This document shows positions 54,159 through 64,000 of a DNA stretch of 64,000 nucleotides, one piece after another. The stretch is from the NCBI RefSeq assembly GCF_009914755.1, contig NC_060936.1; one strand, 5' to 3'. The notes under the pieces are model-generated. The model saw only the letters and a program-made list of their open reading frames with translations. It ran no database searches and was not told the DNA's origin. Numbering within the stretch: position 1 is the first letter of the stretch; each line of letters opens with the position of its first letter. Position numbers and translations under genes: made by a program. The DNA is from the human T2T-CHM13v2.0 reference genome, Homo sapiens.

Positions 54159-56904
54159 CTCTAGTGCAATGGCTTTCAGCAGTTCTTCTGTTTCTACCCA
54201 GTTCACCTGTCTAGGCAGGAGACTTCCCATCCCTGTAGAATGACAATGGATGGGGAACGGGGGTGCAGCAGGTGGAGTTTACCATCACCTACTCCCTGCA
54301 CTCGTCTGTGCACTAGAGTCATAGGCTTAAAAAATGTGAGACGGTTTCTGCTAAGACTTACTTGCAAGGTCATGCGACGACGTAGCAGGGTTCAAGCCTT
54401 GGAAGAGAGGACTAGTGATCTGAAATCAGAGGTCTGCCTTTGGAGAAGTGGTTGCTTGCCAGGAATTAGAGGGCTTAGTCCTGTAGAACTTTACTGAATA
54501 ATTTTACAAATATAGTATTTTTAAAGTAATACCTTTTTTTTTCTCATTGTATCTTAATCTCATTTGGCTCATTCATGGTGCACAAATATAAAAGGTATTA
54601 GACCAGATGATTGTTTAAGTCTCTCCTAGTCGCTGTCACTGTCTCCTAATTTGGAAGGAGGTCCATCGGAGACTCAGATCTGGTCCTTCAAGAGACTGTG
54701 ACTTCCAGCCAGGTCTCTCCCCAAGTGGCTCTGAGGTTTTTGAAGTGTGTTTTCAATGCCCAAGAGCTGTCTATGTTCAGCTGTGTGTGTGCTTGTGTTG
54801 TGGAGTCGGGTTCGGGACAGGGAACGTGGAGCTTAACCAGGCAAAGTGCTTTACGTCTATGACCCTGTTGAATCAGTGGAACAACCATTTGAGGTCGATG
54901 CTGTCGTTATTCTCATTTTCCACAAAAGGAAACAGAGGCAACAGAGGTTAAGCAACTCCTCCAAGGTCACAGTGGCTGTCGCCATTTCATTCTTTATGGT
55001 TGGCGGGCTGAATTTTCTTTCTTGGTGGAAACCTGCCTGCCCCTTCTTAGTCATCCTTCTTTTCCTCTTCTTCATGACATATTTTTCCCTTTTCTTCCCC
55101 TACTCCTCAACCACAAACACGCATCAGATGAGGAGCACCTCATCATAAAGCAGGTTGGGGGCTTCGAATCCACTCTCGGTGGCCCTTAGATTTCTCAACT
55201 GGTTTTCCATTTGATGGCTCACATTCCTTCTTCAGGAAGCTCAGGCTGGGAATGCATGACACTCTCCTCGCACTTGGTCATTCTACAGCCAGTCAGGGAT
55301 CCTGTTGGCCTGCCTTCTCTTGGGGACCCAGAATATGGGAGCTGTTGCTACTACTGTTGCAACCTTAACCTGTCATAAGAAGAAAAGCTGCTTTCCAAGA
55401 CCAGAGGAAGGCTGCTGGCCGTGCAGCGGTGCCTTGTGGATGGGCAGGGCTCTGCCAGGGTTCCCCCCGCCAGGTCTGGTCCTCAGCTTCGCAAACCAAG
55501 GGATTCCCAGACCCAGAGCAGATCAGGCTCGGAAAAGAGATAGGAGAAACAGATTCATGAACCGATGTATAAATCAGAACACCTGTTTGTTAATGGGTTA
55601 AGATAAAAATTCCTCCTACAAGGACACGAACATGCATGCTTGCAGGTCAGCATATTTTTCTCTCTGTGGAAAACCTTGTGTGAAGAGCCAGACTATTATC
55701 TGAAGGTTATTTAATGCACTTGGAAACAGAGCTAGGAGACTTAGATTATTGCTGAAAATCTAAGTATTTATATTTGAAGAAGATGTGATACAAAAAGGTA
55801 CCTAGTGAAAAGGCAGCCTCTCCTTCACACCTCCCCACTCCCCACTCCCTAGCCCCTTCCCAGGGGCAACCCTTAGGACCAATGTCTTCTGTAAGTTCAG
55901 TTGCCTGAGGCCTCCATTTCCTTGGCAGGGATGGAGCTGCTGTGCAGGCCAGGTGACCTGTGTCTTCTGGTTAGGCTCCCTTCCTAGACGGGTTTTGTCT
56001 TGACATACTAGCGGGTGGGAGGTGGGGAGGAACAAAAACCGTGGGAGTGATAGAGGCCAGTTGGCAGAGGAGGCATGCAGGGGTTTATGAGTTAGAAATA
56101 TCTGCAGAGGGGGCAAGGGGTGGGGCGAGGAGTGACCCAGTGACAACAGAAAGGAGTGTCCCCAGACCCCTGGCAGGGAGCAGACAGTGGCTGTTCTCTG
56201 ACACTTATCAGCCCCTAAGGAACAGGACAGGAAGGAAAACCACAGGGTGAGAGAACTGGGGAGACTCTGTCCCTGAGAAATCCTCCCAAAGAGACAGAGC
56301 ATGATCCAAAACCTCGTGAGAGGCGGCCTGGCCCCACAGCATTCGTGCCATAGCATAGGTCAGTCCTGTCATAGAGTGCAACCAGGTAAGGTGCCTTCCA
56401 GCTTCAATGCTGTGATCTAGAGACCGCACTGGCGAAGATCAGCAGCAAGAAAGAACAATTAGCCAATTCATTATGTTGACATTTCTAGCTACAAGGCCAG
56501 TATTTTACAAAATAAGGCCTTTTCCCTTAATTAAGGTTGTGACAGATAAAAGTATATTCCCAGCTGACTCATGTCACCCATGTGGGCAGGCCTATTATCC
56601 CTACTTGGCCCGCCCTGTCCGCCTATGAGGGCTTGCTCTGTGTGCGTACTCTTGGCAGCTTTATAAAGGATTCAGAAGGAATAAACACAGGGCCTGGTTC
56701 CTGCCCTTCATCCAGAAGAGAAGACTCATTCATACACATGGTCCAAGCCAGCAAACTTTAGTTGCTCAAGAGCAGGAAAATAAGGCTAATGAAGGAGGGG
56801 AACATCTAGAAACCAGCTCAAGCAAGGAGCAGGGGTATTTAATGTGGAAGAGTGAGAACTAAAAGTAGCCTTGAATACCATTTCTGACGTTTGAAGAGGC
56901 AGCA

Positions 56905-57190
56905 AAGCTTAATGTGTGGTGGTTAAAGGCATGACTCAGAAGCCAGATTACTTGGTTCAAATTCTGATTAAACATCTCTGGCCTGTTCACACAAGGCAAG
57001 TTACTTCATCTCTCTGTGCCTCAGTTTCCTCATTTAAGAAAGTGAATATAAAGAAAATCTAAAAAAAGAAAGTGAATATGATAGCTATCCTTCAGGGCAA
57101 TTGTGAGAGGTAAGCAGGCTAACACATGGTAAATACTCAGAACAATGCCTGTTAGGGCAAACACTATAGAAGTACTTGTTACTTGGTGTG
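56905..57190 (+). mobile_element. MIR SINE
   Basis: gtggttaaaggcatgactcagaagccaga...ggcaagttacttcatctctctgtgcctcagtttcctcat. Confidence 0.88.
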
Positions 57191-57374
57191 CGTAAGAGGG
57201 CAGGGAGCTGACTGTGGGTTGCACCACATAACCGAAGGAGAATCAGTGAAAAATCTTCTTCAGTATATAGACTAACTGTTTCTTTTCATATTAGAGTTAG
57301 CCAACAGAAGACTTCAAAAATAACGAGCAAAGAATACTCCAGATTTCGAAGGGATTGATTCTCTAACTCAGACC

Positions 57375-58330
<956 letters not shown>

Positions 58331-58475
58331 GTCACCTGCAGTCCCACGCTGTGTCATTTCTGGCTGCATTATCAAATAGCCATTCATCAGGAAGGAGATT
58401 TTGCTGTAAAAACATGCTCTAGAGTAGATCATAGGATGTTAGCTCTTAAAGAGAGCTTAGAGACACTGCCTGATG

Positions 58476-58808
58476 CAGAGGCCAAAGACTGTGCCCCTGA
58501 GGGCTGTAGCCAGCTTGCAGACACATTTTGCATGGCTCACAGCATTTAAAAATCGTTTTAATTAGTTGACACTATTAAAACAGAGATTTTACCTAAAATA
58601 TAGACCCATGGCTGCTCCTCAAAGATTAGCAGATGTGAAGACATTGGACCCTTCTTTCAGGGCGACAGTTGGTTGCTTCTGAGCTGCCACTGTCCCCTGA
58701 GATGGGGCATGCCTGCCCCAGTTCTCCCCAGCCCGCATAGCTCTGTGTTCTATACTCATTTATATTCCCTACCAGGCCCCTGTAGACATTGGCATTTTCA
58801 GCTCCTAA
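58476..58808. mobile_element. MER102-like hAT element inside a MIR3 remnant
   Basis: cagaggccaaagactgtgccc...gagctgccactgtcccctgagatggggcatg...ggcccctgtagacattg. Confidence 0.6.
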
Positions 58809-59258
58809 GCTCGTTCAACCTCTTCATTTTACAGGTTTGGAAGGTGAGACCAGAGAGCTGGCACATCGGTCTCTAGGTCATGTACTGGATCATGAAACAT
58901 CTGATGGCTTCTGACTCCCAGTCCCCTAGTCCCTCTGTTGAACCATAGCTACCTCTCAGTGGAAAACTAAAAAGAAACACACCATGTAACTTGATTAATT
59001 ATCCTTCCTGCTGTGACTGCTAGCCAACGTGCCTTTTAGTTGTTTTGCTTATATCTGTTGCCACATGAAAATTGGAACATATGGTCTGGAGGGCCAAGAT
59101 GGTATTCTAAGAATATCTCATACCCTGCATGAAACTAGACCAAAGAAGAAAGGTAGAGAAACAGAGAGGATTGACAATGACAGGGAAAAGAAAATCTGGA
59201 CAGCTTTTGAGAGGGGCACAGCCTCTTCCTTGTGGTGTTGCAGGACGGTAGGGAGTCA

Positions 59259-59658
<400 letters not shown>

Positions 59659-60486
59659 TTAGGCTTGATGCCCCATCCTACCCTGCCACTCCCTTAGAAT
59701 TACTGTGGACAGCCAGAGCACTGCAAAAAAGGGAAATTTGTCATTTGCCTTGGGGAACAATGGCTTTCACCAATCAAGAGGCAAAATCAACCACAGTCTC
59801 AGAGCCTGGAGTAAGATGGAAAAATCTTCCTGTTGTCTTTAGAGGAGGAGGTTACATCATTTCTTACAGAAATGAGCCTTGACAACCCCCACATCCCGAT
59901 ACTGCATCCTCTTTGTACCACAGTGAATTGTTGCCATGAAGCTGAGACAAGGCTTGGTATGGGCAACTCCAGGCATGGGCAACTCCAGACCTCATCCTAG
60001 TGGTGATCCTGGGCTCCTTCTTCATAAGCAATAGAGAAGCAGACTGTTTGGGAGGAGGAAAAAGTAGTGATGGGACAAGTTCCCAAAAAGAGGCCATGGG
60101 AGGGAGTTCAGTGTTACATGCAGTCACCTTTTGGGTTTTGTCTCTATTGGATTATTCTGTTTTTTGTTTCTCATTGGAGTCTAGAAATGTTTAATGATAC
60201 TTGATGGTACTTCCTTTATCCATGTAAAAGTATATCTAAGAACTTCTGCATATATTAACACTCTGTAATGATTAAGCCAATGTAATTAGAGTATTGTATC
60301 AGCAAGAGAAATATTTTTCTCTAGACATAGATAAATCAAATTTTTTCTTTCAAATCTCTGTGCAATTGCTCCAAAATGGAAGTCAGTTTTATGATTTCAT
60401 GGATTGTCATCTCCTTACAACAGCAGACTAATGAACATGATGATTTATGCAAACAAAATATACTCATTTAAGAATATGCTCGCATT

Positions 60487-60796
60487 GGCCGGGCACGGTG
60501 GCTCATGCCTGTAATCCCAGCACTTTGGGAGGCCAAGGCAGGAGGATCACCAGGTCAGGAGTTCGAGACTAGCCTGGTCAACATGGTGAAACCATGTCTC
60601 TACTGAAAATACAAAATTAGCCTGGCGTGGTGGCAGGTGCCTGTAATCCTAGCTACTCAGGAGGCTGAAACAGGAGAATCGCTTGAACCCAGGAGGTGGA
60701 AGTTGCAGTGAGCCAAGATTGTGCCAGTGCATTGCAGCCTAGGAAACAAGAGCGAAACTCTGTCTCAAAAACAAAAAAAAAAAAAAGAAGAGGAAG
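60487..60796 (+). mobile_element. AluS (Sg/Sx-like)
   Basis: Full dimer; 17-bp TSD aagaatatgct(c/a)gcatt at 60470-60486 and 60797-60813 after TTT/AAGA. Confidence 0.95.
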
Positions 60797-61868
60797 AAGA
60801 ATATGCTAGCATTGTTGATTTGGTTTATAGACTCCCAAAGGCCTGTTCCTCTGACCCTCTTAATGAATACACCAAAAGAGTGATTAATGGATTAATAAGT
60901 TAGCTCCATCCCCTTTCACTTCCTACCCTTAGACTAAAACAATTTTTTCAAATTACTTCTACTAATGTTGTACTTTCATTAATTGGTTGGATCAACAGGG
61001 TAGAAAGCTGTTTTCTTTTTCTTTTAAGAATTCTCTGCCACTAAGTTCTTCCAGCCAAAGAATGTTCATTCACTATAATACCTCTTCAGTTCAGGCATTT
61101 ATTTACTTGAAGTGTGAATCCATTGCTGTTCTCATCGTGTCTAACTTTGTCTTTTTAGAAGTAAGGTATTTTTCCTTGCCTGTGGTTCACGCAGAAGTGG
61201 AGATAATGATTGTGTTGAGAATTCAGGGAGAGCCTGCAAGTAGGTAATAGAGGTGGGAAGTGGAGTGAGTAATAGTCAGAAGAGAAAGAAGCAAGGCTGT
61301 TGGAATGGAGAAGTCTAAAGAGACTGTACTAGAAGGAACTCGCATCATTAAAACCTAGCTGCACAGGCCGGGAAATTGTCAAATATCAGAGAGTCTACAG
61401 TTGAAGCAGCTTGGGAACAACTCTCTGCAGTAAAAATGCTGAGTTGTGGAGAACACAGTGACCCAAACTGACAAAATAATGAAATACATGGCGTTTCCCC
61501 AGTGAATGGAAAGCTGCTTTTTACCGTGTTCCAAAACACTGGCTCCGTTTGGTGTGTGTTTTGTTTTTATTTGTAATACCCTACTTTGATGTTTCCTGGA
61601 AACTCTCCTTTGAGTCTGTGAGTTTTGGTGTAAGCTCAGTGGCAATGTTACCCTCACCTCTAGGCTGCTGTAGGACACACCCCGGTCTCATTTTCAGTGT
61701 CTCAGCATACTTTCCAATGCTTCCAGTAATGGATTGTGCAAAACACAAAGCCAAAAGCAGATGGGACATATGTAGATAAGCTGTTTCATTTTTCATCCCT
61801 ATAATTTCCTAGGTTTGATAGCACTTCAATTTTCTAACCATAAAAGCTGCTTCTGTGCTCTTTGGAAA

Positions 61869-61914
61869 ACACACACACACTCATACACACACATACACAC
61901 ACACACACACACAC
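61869..61914. repeat. interrupted (CA)n microsatellite
   Basis: acacacacacactcatacacacacatacacacacacacacacacac. Confidence 0.92.
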
Positions 61915-62759
61915 TACCAGGAAGCAGGCTAAAAGAATATTACATGGGGTTTTTGTGTTGTTTTGCTTATTTCTTTCCTTTTAAAAGAAGTACCTTGCTG
62001 CTGGAAAAGAAGTCAAAAAATTGCTTTGAAGAGTATATTTACTAGAGTTCAGTTTACTTAGGGAACTGTCGTGTTAACACCGAAGAATGCATTAGAATGC
62101 ATCATTCTATGATACATTATCCGAGCTGAAGCTGAAACCTAGCCTTCTGCCGAGTGGTATTCCTGAAGCCAGTCACTCTTAGAAGTGATAATGTTTATTT
62201 ACCAGAACTTTAAATGCTGATTGTGGTGTCTGTGTCTCCTGCCCAGGGGGAATGGCCCTTCTGTCCATGGAATGTGATAGCCCAGCAGGAGGTAAAAGCT
62301 GCCCCTGGACAGAGTGAAGCATGCAGAGGGAGGCGGAGTGAATTACAGCTGTCTCTTTGGACCACCCGTCTTTTTGCCAATTAAATGTTTACATTATCTT
62401 TTTGCTCAGATAGTTTTCACAAGTATATATTCATTAATACATGGGGCTTGTTCCAAATCGATCATGAAAATAAGTTTTTGCTGTTGGTATTTTTTGTTAA
62501 AGTACATCTAACCCCAAAACTATTTGATGAGGGCAGTTTCCCTCAGGCTGTAAAATGAATTAAGGGAGCACTCTTCTCTGTAGTCATTTTCTTCCCGCGT
62601 TGGTTCTAGGCTCAATCATTTAGATGTCTCTGGTATCTGCATAGTCTGGGAATTATACTTGAACTAGCCCGAAATTACTGCCCAGTAATCCTCTTTCTCA
62701 CTCAAGAGATTTGTCAACATTCATCTAACCAGAGACTTAGCAAGACATAGAGAATCATC

Positions 62760-62930
62760 TAGAAGAGCACTGACTCTGGAGCCAGAAAGACCTGGAGCCA
62801 GACAGGCTCTGTCACTTACTAGTCTGAGTGATTTGGGGCAAGTTATTCAGCTTCTCCAAATATTAGTGACCCCTTGGGAGAAGATGATGGTGATACCTAT
62901 CTTGTGGCGATGGCTTTAAGAGTAAAAGTG
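62760..62930 (+). mobile_element. MIR SINE
   Basis: gactctggagccaga...ggctctgtcacttactagtctgagtgatttggggcaagtta. Confidence 0.8.
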
Positions 62931-64000
62931 TTTCCTTTGTTTTCCTTTCTCCTTGTTTTAAAATGATAGGAGGAGGGAGCACACTTATTTCAAAACTCTC
63001 TGAACTGGAAGGGGCTGTGTTGGAAACTGTTTCTAAGCTTGGAATGGAGCATGTGTCATATTTGTCATACAGCGGAGAGGGAAATGACTTCTCTTATTTC
63101 TCTTCTCTGTTATCCACCCAATAGCTAGGAGATAAAACATAGGGCTGGCTAAGCCTAGGAGAAGCACAGCAGTATTAGGCTATGAGAACCTATTTTGCTT
63201 AACCTCTTTCCGGCAAAAGGTGGAGCCACTGACACCAAAAAAGGGCAAGCAGGATGTCCAGTACCTCTCTCCCTAACTTTTCAGACCCTTTGATGCCACA
63301 GAGGAAGACAGGCATATCGGCAACATGGCCTCCTCCTTCCATCTCCCTGATGGTTTTGTCTTCCCCATTAATACAAGCACAGTTCCTTTTAAATGAACAA
63401 AAAGTGAGACAAATACATCCCTAGAATCTGACAAGTATTTTTGGAATTCTGTGCTTTTATTTTCTCTTCTACCTATAAAGTACATGAATGGCAGGGCTGA
63501 ACTGTCTTCAGGAAAATCTGAAAGCCCGGAACTTATTAACATGCTTGACACCTGCCTCTATGAGGGACTTCTGAAGCCAGAGATATTCTTTGTAACTGAG
63601 GTCCATCTGTTGCACAGATTTTTAATTCAGATATTCTTCCTTCTCAAGCCAAGGCTGAGAGAGCAGCCAATTTTGTGGAAAGATTTCTTTAATAAGAAAT
63701 GAATAAAACTATCAATGCTAAATAAAATAGACCGCTGTGAAACTTGGGTTAAATCCCACAGGGAAGAGTATGTGAGATTAACTGCATTATATAACAAAAC
63801 CGCCTTTAATAGCTGGCACGATTCTTTTTGTTGTTCCAAGGGAGAAGCAGCCAAGACTAGAACCAAAGCACATGATATTATTTTAAAGTGCTGCAGCCTC
63901 TGGAATTTTTCCTCGGAGAGATGTCAGGATCCCAAGTCTTCCTGTGATTTATAGTTGTTTTAAACGTTTAATACTTTTTACATTTTCAAAGCTATATCCT

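Noticed and set aside
55152-55185. ggcttcgaatcc resembling a tRNA T-loop/B-box
   Set aside because: No A-box, cloverleaf or acceptor stem
55802-56356. 184-aa minus-strand ORF
   Set aside because: No recognisable domain; L/S/P-rich composition typical of a chance ORF in GC-richer DNA
63273-63954. Several 80-90 aa ORFs
   Set aside because: No homology I can recognise, and no poly-A or TSD to suggest a processed pseudogene

Overview
Primate, very likely human, non-coding genomic DNA. It is AT-rich and CpG-depleted, has no CpG island, and much of it is interspersed repeat: about 16 Alu copies or fragments, young and old L1, L2, an ancient CR1/L3, MIRs, MaLR and ERVL solo LTRs, and Tigger, mariner and hAT relics. 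No ORF in the track is a credible host protein; the recognisable ones are Alu read-through or L1 ORF2 C-terminal remnants. Frequent T-runs outside Alus on the + strand suggest an intron of a + strand gene, but I cannot name the locus. I found no convincing new biological system. The best leads are small-scale: a diverged 45-bp direct repeat exactly 1400 bp apart, a triple CACGTG cluster, NF-E2/AP-1 clusters with GATA or ETS sites, several strong-splice-site candidate exons (one antisense), a fold-back hairpin replacing an LTR end, two retroposons at one target site, and several 26-28 bp tandem duplications. Subfamily calls were made by eye from recalled consensus sequences, and boundaries of old repeats are approximate.
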